Shown here piece after piece: positions 51,084 to 64,000 of a DNA stretch of 64,000 nt (position 1 is its first letter; every line of letters starts with the position of its first letter). Both the position numbers and the translations under genes were made by a program. The notes beneath the pieces were generated by a model, which was given only the letters and a program-made list of their open reading frames with translations, did not search any database and was not told the origin of the DNA. Source of the DNA: Lepidodermella squamata (taxonomy: Eukaryota; Animalia; Gastrotricha); contig JBLDXI010000050.1 in assembly GCA_047495785.1 (NCBI GenBank), positions 372,001 through 436,000 of the forward strand. Reading direction: 5' to 3'.

Positions 51084-52632
51084 ATGGGCAAGAAATCGGA
51101 ACCTTACTCTCGCGAGCCTCACGCCGTCATCAAATGGCTGCAAAAAACTGTCGATGGCAATACAATGATCGGCTACGTTCCCTGTTCAAATCTAATCATG
51201 CAACCGGGCACGACCACTTCAGACTTGGTTGCGAACGAAACAAAGGTGGCGGCTGTGTTCAGGCATCAGATTCACGACGCTCTTTTCATTGAAATGTGCA
51301 AGAACGAGAAGATTGCAAAGGAATACGTGGAAAAGCTGGCAATCGAAATGCAAGTAGCAGCAGAAGCAGCAGCAGCGGCGGCTGCGGCGGACAAAGAAAA
51401 TGGCAATTTAGAAATCGGCTCGAAAGTCAGCAAGGACAAGAAGAACAAGAGTGAAACTGTGGAGAAGAAGGGCAGCAAGGAAAAGAAGGATACGAAGACG
51501 AAGGTTACGACATCGGAAGAAAGCGAGAGTGCTGTGGATCAATCCAAAGCGAAGAAGGCAAGGATCACGCCAGAAGCTAGCGAGCCTGCGGTCGAGAAGT
51601 GTTTCGTTCAAGCTGCAGGCACTAATTCAGAGTTCGGTCAAGGAAGTGATGTGGTCGATAGTTCTCTGGATCAAGCCACCACAACAGCCCATTCAGAACT
51701 GGTTCCACGAAGACATGATTCTAGTTCACTGGCCCCTTTGCCTATGCTTCCAGACGATTCGATGCTGATGTTCAATGACCCAGCCTTTTCTCAACTACCT
51801 AGCGACGGCCAGCCTGGCATCATAACGATGGTCAAAGCAGATGTGATTCTGTCGATGGCAGTGAAAGTGGATGAATTGTACATGGTTACCTTTTCTGATG
51901 TCCGCAAGCTTATGGTTTGTTCATCTCGTTTGTATTATATTTTTTCAATGTCATTTCTGTCTTAAAGCTCTTTGATTACATTATGCTGCTTCTTTTTTTC
52001 CAGGTTGCTGGGGTAGTCCCGCCAAGCGCCGAGTTGCTGGAAACATGCGACGACATCATGTTCTCAAGCGAAAATGGCAACAAATACGCAGCTCGTAAAT
52101 TGATGCTCGAAATGGTTATTGATAACAATTCGCATGACGACTTGATGAGCAAGACCCTAACTGGCAAGCAAAAGAATGGCAACGTCGATGCTGCGAAGGC
52201 GCTGGACCGTACGAAATGGGCGGCGATCATCAGTAAGTTGTCTTGACCCTTCATCCGTGCAGTTTCATAATTTTTTCTCCTCGTAGATTATGTTATATCG
52301 AGGTATCGGATTGTAGATGGCTTCAAATATCTACAAAAGAAGGCGATGCATTTTTTGAAGTACTACCGGTCGAAGTATGCAGGTGAGCTATTTCGGCTTC
52401 ATTGTAATGCCTAATGCTTAATATTTTGTTATTCATAGGAGGAGTGCCAGCGCGTAAAGATCTTTCCGCCACAATTGACAAGTCTGCCCAGATCGAAGAT
52501 TTCCATTTATCCAAGAGGCGCGTGACCCCGGCGACCCCGGCGACCCCGGCGACCTCGGCGACCCCGGTGACCCCGAAACCAGCTACCGCGGACGCCGGTG
52601 ACGTGAGCGATTCCGACGATTCTGATTTGTGA
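51084..52632 (+). CDS. BEN-domain-like accessory protein, exons 51084-51914, 52004-52232, 52287-52382, 52439-52632
   Basis: GT-AG introns keep one frame. ARKLMLEMV...LMSKTLTG...ALDRTKWAAIINYV resembles the BEN consensus; Lys-rich linker and (TPA)n tail; divergent from the transposase. Confidence 0.65.
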
Positions 52633-54289
52633 CTTGTTATTTTGATTGCGATTATACTCTCTCGAGTTCTCTTGTTTCTTTCGTTTGCAGATGTGAGCGA
52701 TTTCGATGATTATTCTGATTTGTGAAATGTTAATTTGATTGTGATTATACTCTCTCGACTTAGTCGTTATTTCCATCACCTGCTCGGACGCCGATATGTG
52801 CGATTCTCCGACCATTCTGACTTGTTGTGATATACTCTCTAGAGCTCGACTTCGATATCATTCGTTTTTTCATGAGCAGTTAATGTACTCCTCTTTTCAA
52901 CTTTTTCATTGAACCATTTCATTTCAATTATACTCGCGTCTCTTGTCAAGTAGATTGAAGATTGAGTCTCTCGTTATTCTTGTGCCTAAGTATGTGCCAA
53001 ATCAAGTAAAAAGTAGTCATAATAAGAACGACGTCTTTTTATTAGTAAAAGTACGTGAACGAATAACTGCTGAACGCACATGAACCAGCTAGCTGAACAG
53101 AGGTGAACCAGGCAGCTGAACGTAGGTGAACCAAACAGCTGAACTGAGGTGACTAACGACGGTTTGACACCTCAGTTCATCTCTTTAACTTGTTCAGCTT
53201 ACTTCAGCAAAACGGTGCCGATATGGGAAACGGAAAAACCGTGAAAGCAACATGCGTTGGTCATGCGTTGGTCTTTTTCGAAATTCGGCTGAAAATCTAA
53301 GCATCGATTCATCCGTAAATTTCCGAAAGCACCTAAAAAATAGGCATTTTCCTGAACCATTGGGGATTCAATTTCAGTAGGCAAATCGCGAGAGGAAGAT
53401 GCTGATGTAATGTTGACAGGGCTGCTTTTCGACATTACGACTTTTTTTGCTAAAGAAAAATATCTCTAAAATGCAAAAAGGGCAAAAAAGTTATGCAACT
53501 TTATTTAAAATAATTTCGTATAATTTATAAAAAATTCATATAATTTTTATTATAATATAAAAATGGGCAAGAATTTATTTTAAAGTAACAAATCAAAACG
53601 AGAATAATAAAAATGCACATTAATCGGAACAAATATTCTCTTGCTTCACCCTCCCGTTAAATCGGAGAATGACAAGAATATGAACAATATAGAGATTTGT
53701 CACCTCAGGAAAAATTCTGAAGATAGCATTGAAATTGGAGGATGGAATTATTCGAAATTGTTTTGAAAATTCTCTTCCCCACCTAATAAAAATTTGATTT
53801 GATGAATTATTCAAGATTTAGGTAGATAATGAAACTACCAAAAAATAAAGGGTCGACAAAAGTGGGATCGGGATGTGGCAGCTGTCGATGTCCTTGTTCT
53901 CGCCTTCGTTTGACAAAGCGAACCAGAAATATTGCACCGACGATCAAAACAACCCCTTCAATGATACCTACAGGCAAGCCGATTTTTCAGCACGGACATT
54001 TCATCAACAGAATTTTAGCCGTATTCAACAGGGGACTATGCGCTGCACTGAAGATGGAGACAAAAAGTGCAAGTTCACGTTTTAGCGGTTATGACGCGTC
54101 AAAAACGGCAATTTGGCTCAATGGCTTGTAAAGTACTGTACTTTCAGGGGTGTTTTGCGGCCAGTTTTCAATGCCAGGGAACCTTTCCTTCCGGTTCTAA
54201 CCATGACAGTCGAATAGAGGGCCATCGGTTCAGAAACCCCGAAAGATTTGAAGGCCGCGGGGGCCCACGTTTTAGCGGTTATGACGCGA

Positions 54290-57200
54290 AACGATAATTC
54301 TCGGGTGCGAAACGATAATGCCTGGCAGACAGAACGCGTCGTGTCAGTTCATTGTGGTAGCTCTCACAGAAATTTCAGAAAACTCATTTCTCGGTTGCGA
54401 ATCGATAATGCCTGCAGAAAAACGCATCTTGTCCGATCATTGTAGTAGCTCTCTCAGAAATTTCAGAAAATTCATTGCCCTTGAGTGAATGAAGAATGGC
54501 TCGCCGACAGAACGCATCGTGTCTGTTCAATGTGGTAGCTCTCACAGAAATTTCAGAAAATTCATTTCTCGGGTGCGAAATGATAATGCATGGCAGACAG
54601 AACGCGTCGTGTCAGTTCATTGTGGTAGCTCTCACAGAAATTTCAGAAAATTCATTGCCCTTGAGTGAATGAAGAATGGCTCGCCGACAGAACGCATCGT
54701 GTCTGTTCAATGTGGTAGCTCTCACAGAAATTTTAGAAAATTCATTTCTCGGGTGCGAAATGATAATGCATGGCAGACAGAACGCGTCGTGTCAGTTCAT
54801 TGTGGTAGCTCTCACAGAAATTTCAGAAAATTCATTGCCCTTGAGTGAATGAAGAATGGCTCGCCGACAGAACGCATCGTGTCTGTTCAATGTGGTAGCT
54901 CTCACAGAAATTTCAGAAAATTCATTTCTCGGGTGCGAAATGATAATGCATGGCAGACAGAACGCGTCGTGTCAGTTCATTGTGGTAGCTCTCACAGAAA
55001 TTTCAGGAAATTCATTGCTCGGGTGCGAAACGATAATGCCTGGCAGACAAAACGCGCCGTGTCCGATCATTGTGGTAGCTCTCACAGAAATTTCAGAAAA
55101 TTCATTGCCCTTGAGTGAATGGAGAATGCCTCGCCGACAGAACGCGTCGTGTCTGTTCATTGTGGTAGATGTCACAGAAATTTCAGGAAATTCATTGCTC
55201 GGGTGCGAAACGATAATGCCTGGCAGACAAAAGGCGCCGTGTCCGATCATTGTGGTAGCTCTCACAGAAATTTCAGAAAATTCATTGCCCTTGAGTGAAT
55301 GGAGAATGCCTCGCCGACAGAACGCGTCGTGTCTGTTCATTGTGGTAGATGTCACAGAAATTTCAGGAAAATCATTGCTCGGGTGCGAAACGATAATGCC
55401 TCGCCGACAGAACGCGTTGTGCCTGCTCATTGTGGTAGCTGTCACAGAAATGTCAGAAAATTCATTTCTCGGGTGCGAAACGATAATGCATGGCAGACAG
55501 AACGCGTCGTGTCAGTTCATTGTGGTAGCTCTCACAGAAATTTCAGAAAATTCATTGCCCTTGAGTGAATGAAGAATGGCTCGCCGACAGAACGCATCGT
55601 GTCTGTTCAATGTGGTAGCTCTCACAGAAATTTTAGAAAATTCATTTCTCGGGTGCGAAACGATAATGCATGGCAGACAGAACGCGTCGTGTCAGTTCAT
55701 TGTGGTAGCTCTCACAGAAATTTCAGGAAATTCATTGCTCGGGTGCGAAACGATAATGCCTGGCAGACAAAACGCGCCGTGTCCGATCATTGTGGTAGCT
55801 CTCACAGAAATTTCAGAAAATTCATTGCCCTTGAGTGAATGGAGAATGCCTCGCCGACAGAACGCGTCGTGTCTGTTCATTGTGGTAGATGTCACAGAAA
55901 TTTCAGGAAATTCATTGCTCGGGTGCGAAACGATAATGCCTGGCAGACAAAAGGCGCCGTGTCCGATCATTGTGGTAGCTCTCACAGAAATTTCAGAAAA
56001 TTCATTGCCCTTGAGTGAATGGAGAATGCCTCGCCGACAGAACGCGTCGTGTCTGTTCATTGTGGTAGATGTCACAGAAATTTCAGGAAAATCATTGCTC
56101 GGGTGCGAAACGATAATGCCTCGCCGACAGAACGCGTTGTGCCTGCTCATTGTGGTAGCTGTCACAGAAATGTCAGAAAATTCATTTCTCGGGTGCGAAA
56201 CGATAATGCATGGCAGACAGAACGCGTCGTGTCAGTTCATTGTGGTAGCTCTCACAGAAATTTCAGAAAATTCATTGCCCTTGAGTGAATGAAGAATGGC
56301 TCGCCGACAGAACGCATCGTGTCTGTTCAATGTGGTAGCTCTCACAGAAATTTTAGAAAATTCATTTCTCGGGTGCGAAACGATAATGCATGGCAGACAG
56401 AACGCGTCGTGTCAGTTCATTGTGGTAGCTCTCACAGAAATTTCAGGAAATTCATTGCTCGGGTGCGAAACGATAATGCCTGGCAGACAAAACGCGCCGT
56501 GTCCGATCATTGTGGTAGCTCCTACAGAAATTTCAGAAAATTCATTGCCCTTGAGTGAATGGAGAATGCCTCGCCGACAGAACGCGTCGTGTCTGTTCAT
56601 TGTGGTAGATGTCACAGAAATTTCAGGAAATTCATTGCTCGGGTGCGAAACGATAATGCCTGGCAGACAAAAGGCGCCGTGTCCGATCATTGTGGTAGCT
56701 CTCACAGAAATTTCAGAAAATTCATTGCCCTTGAGTGAATGGAGAATGCCTCGCCGACAGAACGCGTCGTGTCTGTTCATTGTGGTAGATGTCACAGAAA
56801 TTTCAGGAAAATCATTGCTCGGGTGCGAAACGATAATGCCTCGCCGACAGAACGCGTTGTGCCTGCTCATTGTGGTAGCTGTCACAGAAATGTCAGAAAA
56901 TTCATTTCTCGGGTGCGAAACGATAATGCATGGCAGACAGAACGCGTCGTGTCAGTTCATTGTGGTAGCTCTCACAGAAATTTCAGAAAATTCATTGCCC
57001 TTGAGTGAATGAAGAATGGCTCGCCGACAGAACGCATCGTGTCTGTTCAATGTGGTAGCTCTCACAGAAATTTTAGAAAATTCATTTCTCGGGTGCGAAA
57101 CGATAATGCATGGCAGACAGAACGCGTCGTGTCAGTTCATTGTGGTAGCTCTCACAGAAATTTCAGGAAATTCATTGCTCGGGTGCGAAACGATAATGCC

Positions 57201-60200
57201 TGGCAGACAAAACGCGCCGTGTCCGATCATTGTGGTAGCTCTCACAGAAATTTCAGAAAATTCATTGCCCTTGAGTGAATGGAGAATGCCTCGCCGACAG
57301 AACGCGTCGTGTCTGTTCATTGTGGTAGATGTCACAGAAATTTCAGGAAATTCATTGCTCGGGTGCGAAACGATAATGCCTGGCAGACAAAAGGCGCCGT
57401 GTCCGATCATTGTGGTAGCTCTCACAGAAATTTCAGAAAATTCATTGCCCTTGAGTGAATGGAGAATGCCTCGCCGACAGAACGCGTCGTGTCTGTTCAT
57501 TGTGGTAGATGTCACAGAAATTTCAGGAAAATCATTGCTCGGGTGCGAAACGATAATGCCTCGCCGACAGAACGCGTTGTGCCTGCTCATTGTGGTAGCT
57601 GTCACAGAAATGTCAGAAAATTCATTTCTCGGGTGCGAAACGATAATGCATGGCAGACAGAACGCGTCGTGTCAGTTCATTGTGGTAGCTCTCACAGAAA
57701 TTTCAGAAAATTCATTGCCCTTGAGTGAATGAAGAATGGCTCGCCGACAGAACGCATCGTGTCTGTTCAATGTGGTAGCTCTCACAGAAATTTTAGAAAA
57801 TTCATTTCTCGGGTGCGAAACGATAATGCCTGGCAGACAGAACGCGTCGTGTCAGTTCATTGTGGTAGCTCTCACAGAAATTTCAGAAAACTCATTTCTC
57901 GGTTGCGAATCGATAATGCCTGCAGAAAAACGCATCTTGTCCGATCATTGTAGTAGCTCTCTCAGAAATTTCAGAAAATTCATTGCCCTTGAGTGAATGA
58001 AGAATGGCTCGCCGACAGAACGCATCGTGTCTGTTCAATGTGGTAGCTCTCACAGAAATTTCAGAAAATTCATTTCTCGGGTGCGAAATGATAATGCATG
58101 GCAGACAGAACGCGTCGTGTCAGTTCATTGTGGTAGCTCTCACAGAAATTTCAGAAAATTCATTGCCCTTGAGTGAATGAAGAATGGCTCGCCGACAGAA
58201 CGCATCGTGTCTGTTCAATGTGGTAGCTCTCACAGAAATTTTAGAAAATTCATTTCTCGGGTGCGAAATGATAATGCATGGCAGACAGAACGCGTCGTGT
58301 CAGTTCATTGTGGTAGCTCTCACAGAAATTTCAGAAAATTCATTGCCCTTGAGTGAATGAAGAATGGCTCGCCGACAGAACGCATCGTGTCTGTTCAATG
58401 TGGTAGCTCTCACAGAAATTTCAGAAAATTCATTTCTCGGGTGCGAAATGATAATGCATGGCAGACAGAACGCGTCGTGTCAGTTCATTGTGGTAGCTCT
58501 CACAGAAATTTCAGGAAATTCATTGCTCGGGTGCGAAACGATAATGCCTGGCAGACAAAACGCGCCGTGTCCGATCATTGTGGTAGCTCTCACAGAAATT
58601 TCAGAAAATTCATTGCCCTTGAGTGAATGAAGAATGGCTCGCCGACAGAACGCATCGTGTCTGTTCAATGTGGTAGCTCTCACAGAAATTTTAGAAAATT
58701 CATTTCTCGGGTGCGAAACGATAATGCATGGCAGACAGAACGCGTCGTGTCAGTTCATTGTGGTAGCTCTCACAGAAATTTCAGGAAATTCATTGCTCGG
58801 GTGCGAAACGATAATGCCTGGCAGACAAAACGCGCCGTGTCCGATCATTGTGGTAGCTCTCACAGAAATTTCAGAAAATTCATTGCCCTTGAGTGAATGG
58901 AGAATGCCTCGCCGACAGAACGCGTCGTGTCTGTTCATTGTGGTAGATGTCACAGAAATTTCAGGAAAATCATTGCTCGGGTGCGAAACGATAATGCCTC
59001 GCCGACAGAACGCGTTGTGCCTGCTCATTGTGGTAGCTGTCACAGAAATGTCAGAAAATTCATTTCTCGGGTGCGAAACGATAATGCATGGCAGACAGAA
59101 CGCGTCGTGTCAGTTCATTGTGGTAGCTCTCACAGAAATTTCAGAAAATTCATTGCCCTTGAGTGAATGAAGAATGGCTCGCCGACAGAACGCATCGTGT
59201 CTGTTCAATGTGGTAGCTCTCACAGAAATTTTAGAAAATTCATTTCTCGGGTGCGAAACGATAATGCATGGCAGACAGAACGCGTCGTGTCGGTTCATTG
59301 TGGTAGCTCTCACAGAAATTTCAGGAAATTCATTGCTCGGGTGCGAAACGATAATGCCTGGCAGACAAAACGCGCCGTGTCCGATCATTGTGGTAGCTCT
59401 CACAGAAATTTCAGAAAATTCATTGCCCTTGAGTGAATGGAGAATGCCTCGCCGACAGAACGCGTCGTGTCTGTTCAATGTGGTAGCTCTCACAGAAATT
59501 TCAGAAAATTCATTTCTCGGGTGCGAAATGATAATGCATGGCAGACAGAACGCGTCGTGTCAGTTCATTGTGGTAGCTCTCACAGAAATTTCAGAAAATT
59601 CATTGCCCTTGAGTGAATGAAGAATGGCTCGCCGACAGAACGCATCGTGTCTGTTCAATGTGGTAGCTCTCACAGAAATTTTAGAAAATTCATTTCTCGG
59701 GTGCGAAACGATAATGCATGGCAGACAGAACGCGTCGTGTCAGTTCATTGTGGTAGCTCTCACAGAAATTTCAGGAAATTCATTGCTCGGGTGCGAAACG
59801 ATAATGCCTGGCAGACAAAACGCGCCGTGTCCGATCATTGTGGTAGCTCCTACAGAAATTTCAGAAAATTCATTGCCCTTGAGTGAATGGAGAATGCCTC
59901 GCCGACAGAACGCGTCGTGTCTGTTCATTGTGGTAGATGTCACAGAAATTTCAGGAAATTCATTGCTCGGGTGCGAAACGATAATGCCTGGCAGACAAAA
60001 GGCGCCGTGTCCGATCATTGTGGTAGCTCTCACAGAAATTTCAGAAAATTCATTGCCCTTGAGTGAATGGAGAATGCCTCGCCGACAGAACGCGTCGTGT
60101 CTGTTCATTGTGGTAGATGTCACAGAAATTTCAGGAAAATCATTGCTCGGGTGCGAAACGATAATGCCTCGCCGACAGAACGCGTTGTGCCTGCTCATTG

Positions 60201-63200
60201 TGGTAGCTGTCACAGAAATGTCAGAAAATTCATTTCTCGGGTGCGAAATGATAATGCATGGCAGACAGAACGCGTCGTGTCAGTTCATTGTGGTAGCTCT
60301 CACAGAAATTTCAGAAAATTCATTGCCCTTGAGTGAATGAAGAATGGCTCGCCGACAGAACGCATCGTGTCTGTTCAATGTGGTAGCTCTCACAGAAATT
60401 TTAGAAAATTCATTTCTCGGGTGCGAAACGATAATGCATGGCAGACAGAACGCGTCGTGTCAGTTCATTGTGGTAGCTCTCACAGAAATTTCAGGAAATT
60501 CATTGCTCGGGTGCGAAACGATAATGCCTGGCAGACAAAACGCGCCGTGTCCGATCATTGTGGTAGCTCTCACAGAAATTTCAGAAAATTCATTGCCCTT
60601 GAGTGAATGGAGAATGCCTCGCCGACAGAACGCGTCGTGTCTGTTCATTGTGGTAGATGTCACAGAAATTTCAGGAAAATCATTGCTCGGGTGCGAAACG
60701 ATAATGCCTCGCCGACAGAACGCGTTGTGCCTGCTCATTGTGGTAGCTGTCACAGAAATGTCAGAAAATTCATTTCTCGGGTGCGAAACGATAATGCATG
60801 GCAGACAGAACGCGTCGTGTCAGTTCATTGTGGTAGCTCTCACAGAAATTTCAGAAAATTCATTGCCCTTGAGTGAATGAAGAATGGCTCGCCGACAGAA
60901 CGCATCGTGTCTGTTCAATGTGGTAGCTCTCACAGAAATTTTAGAAAATTCATTTCTCGGGTGCGAAACGATAATGCCTGGCAGACAGAACGCGTCGTGT
61001 CAGTTCATTGTGGTAGCTCTCACAGAAATTTCAGAAAACTCATTTCTCGGTTGCGAATCGATAATGCCTGCAGAAAAACGCATCTTGTCCGATCATTGTA
61101 GTAGCTCTCTCAGAAATTTCAGAAAATTCATTGCCCTTGAGTGAATGAAGAATGGCTCGCCGACAGAACGCATCGTGTCTGTTCAATGTGGTAGCTCTCA
61201 CAGAAATTTCAGAAAATTCATTTCTCGGGTGCGAAATGATAATGCATGGCAGACAGAACGCGTCGTGTCAGTTCATTGTGGTAGCTCTCACAGAAATTTC
61301 AGAAAATTCATTGCCCTTGAGTGAATGAAGAATGGCTCGCCGACAGAACGCATCGTGTCTGTTCAATGTGGTAGCTCTCACAGAAATTTTAGAAAATTCA
61401 TTTCTCGGGTGCGAAATGATAATGCATGGCAGACAGAACGCGTCGTGTCAGTTCATTGTGGTAGCTCTCACAGAAATTTCAGAAAATTCATTGCCCTTGA
61501 GTGAATGAAGAATGGCTCGCCGACAGAACGCATCGTGTCTGTTCAATGTGGTAGCTCTCACAGAAATTTCAGAAAATTCATTTCTCGGGTGCGAAATGAT
61601 AATGCATGGCAGACAGAACGCGTCGTGTCAGTTCATTGTGGTAGCTCTCACAGAAATTTCAGGAAATTCATTGCTCGGGTGCGAAACGATAATGCCTGGC
61701 AGACAAAACGCGCCGTGTCCGATCATTGTGGTAGCTCTCACAGAAATTTCAGAAAATTCATTGCCCTTGAGTGAATGGAGAATGCCTCGCCGACAGAACG
61801 CGTCGTGTCTGTTCATTGTGGTAGATGTCACAGAAATTTCAGGAAATTCATTGCTCGGGTGCGAAACGATAATGCCTGGCAGACAAAAGGCGCCGTGTCC
61901 GATCATTGTGGTAGCTCTCACAGAAATTTCAGAAAATTCATTGCCCTTGAGTGAATGGAGAATGCCTCGCCGACAGAACGCGTTGTGCCTGCTCATTGTG
62001 GTAGCTGTCACAGAAATGTCAGAAAATTCATTTCTCGGGTGCGAAACGATAATGCATGGCAGACAGAACGCGTCGTGTCAGTTCATTGTGGTAGCTCTCA
62101 CAGAAATTTCAGAAAATTCATTGCCCTTGAGTGAATGAAGAATGGCTCGCCGACAGAACGCATCGTGTCTGTTCAATGTGGTAGCTCTCACAGAAATTTT
62201 AGAAAATTCATTTCTCGGGTGCGAAACGATAATGCATGGCAGACAGAACGCGTCGTGTCGGTTCATTGTGGTAGCTCTCACAGAAATTTCAGGAAATTCA
62301 TTGCTCGGGTGCGAAACGATAATGCCTGGCAGACAAAACGCGCCGTGTCCGATCATTGTGGTAGCTCTCACAGAAATTTCAGAAAATTCATTGCCCTTGA
62401 GTGAATGGAGAATGCCTCGCCGACAGAACGCGTCGTGTCTGTTCAATGTGGTAGCTCTCACAGAAATTTCAGAAAATTCATTTCTCGGGTGCGAAATGAT
62501 AATGCATGGCAGACAGAACGCGTCGTGTCAGTTCATTGTGGTAGCTCTCACAGAAATTTCAGAAAATTCATTGCCCTTGAGTGAATGAAGAATGGCTCGC
62601 CGACAGAACGCATCGTGTCTGTTCAATGTGGTAGCTCTCACAGAAATTTTAGAAAATTCATTTCTCGGGTGCGAAACGATAATGCATGGCAGACAGAACG
62701 CGTCGTGTCAGTTCATTGTGGTAGCTCTCACAGAAATTTCAGGAAATTCATTGCTCGGGTGCGAAACGATAATGCCTGGCAGACAAAACGCGCCGTGTCC
62801 GATCATTGTGGTAGCTCCTACAGAAATTTCAGAAAATTCATTGCCCTTGAGTGAATGGAGAATGCCTCGCCGACAGAACGCGTCGTGTCTGTTCATTGTG
62901 GTAGATGTCACAGAAATTTCAGGAAATTCATTGCTCGGGTGCGAAACGATAATGCCTGGCAGACAAAAGGCGCCGTGTCCGATCATTGTGGTAGCTCTCA
63001 CAGAAATTTCAGAAAATTCATTGCCCTTGAGTGAATGGAGAATGCCTCGCCGACAGAACGCGTCGTGTCTGTTCATTGTGGTAGATGTCACAGAAATTTC
63101 AGGAAAATCATTGCTCGGGTGCGAAACGATAATGCCTCGCCGACAGAACGCGTTGTGCCTGCTCATTGTGGTAGCTGTCACAGAAATGTCAGAAAATTCA

Positions 63201-64000
63201 TTTCTCGGGTGCGAAATGATAATGCATGGCAGACAGAACGCGTCGTGTCAGTTCATTGTGGTAGCTCTCACAGAAATTTCAGAAAATTCATTGCCCTTGA
63301 GTGAATGAAGAATGGCTCGCCGACAGAACGCATCGTGTCTGTTCAATGTGGTAGCTCTCACAGAAATTTTAGAAAATTCATTTCTCGGGTGCGAAACGAT
63401 AATGCATGGCAGACAGAACGCGTCGTGTCAGTTCATTGTGGTAGCTCTCACAGAAATTTCAGGAAATTCATTGCTCGGGTGCGAAACGATAATGCCTGGC
63501 AGACAAAACGCGCCGTGTCCGATCATTGTGGTAGCTCTCACAGAAATTTCAGAAAATTCATTGCCCTTGAGTGAATGGAGAATGCCTCGCCGACAGAACG
63601 CGTCGTGTCTGTTCATTGTGGTAGATGTCACAGAAATTTCAGGAAAATCATTGCTCGGGTGCGAAACGATAATGCCTCGCCGACAGAACGCGTTGTGCCT
63701 GCTCATTGTGGTAGCTGTCACAGAAATGTCAGAAAATTCATTTCTCGGGTGCGAAACGATAATGCATGGCAGACAGAACGCGTCGTGTCAGTTCATTGTG
63801 GTAGCTCTCACAGAAATTTCAGAAAATTCATTGCCCTTGAGTGAATGAAGAATGGCTCGCCGACAGAACGCATCGTGTCTGTTCAATGTGGTAGCTCTCA
63901 CAGAAATTTTAGAAAATTCATTTCTCGGGTGCGAAACGATAATGCCTGGCAGACAGAACGCGTCGTGTCAGTTCATTGTGGTAGCTCTCACAGAAATTTC
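54290..64000 (+). repeat. 90-bp satellite DNA array with higher-order repeats, running off the window
   Basis: Core ttgtggtagctctcacagaaatttcag every 90 bp; 720-bp periodicity over ~54850-57730; marker 88-bp monomer at ~54383, ~57891 and ~61039. Confidence 0.98.

Larger units (their letters stand above)
46292..53227 (-). mobile_element. Complete CACTA/EnSpm-superfamily transposon (animal CCC-terminus type), 6.9 kb, three genes
   Basis: TIR cccatatcggcac / gtgccgatatggg, 2-bp AA TSD, arrays of subterminal tgaac motifs at both ends, EnSpm-type transposase inside. Confidence 0.9.

Noticed and set aside
53829-54131. 100-aa ORF before the satellite
   Set aside because: No motif, no supporting splice or polyA structure.
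54248-63848. Dozens of repetitive 74-238 aa ORFs on both strands
   Set aside because: Artefact of a 90-bp (3n) monomer; open in several frames, with no gene structure.
54290-64000. CRISPR-like constant core with variable intervening sequence
   Set aside because: Variable parts are a few recurring homologous variants rather than unique spacers; no cas genes; eukaryotic context.

Overview
Eukaryotic (invertebrate-like; introns mostly 43-60 nt) repeat-dense window, possibly pericentromeric. 1-6.3 kb is the right part of a Polinton/Maverick-like element. It holds a diverged PIF1-family helicase, an intact protein-primed DNA polymerase B split by three short spliceosomal introns, a small Zn-finger ORF and a candidate ACTACT terminus. 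10.9-40 kb is a nest of LINE fragments, Helentron/DINE-like elements, MITEs and a MULE derivative. It also contains a DD41D Tc1/mariner element carrying an unexpected second spliced gene, OTU and Ulp1 protease ORFs, and two concentric near-identical inverted duplications. 41-45 kb has a spliced, secreted Cys/Ala/Thr-rich gene beside a Polinton-type protease remnant. 46292-53227 is a complete CACTA/EnSpm-type transposon (13-bp TIRs, AA TSD) encoding a damaged transposase, a BEN-like protein and an intact SOCS-box protein; this is the best candidate for an undescribed system. 54.3-64 kb is a 90-bp satellite with nested higher-order repeats. All calls come from manual motif recognition; no database searches were run.
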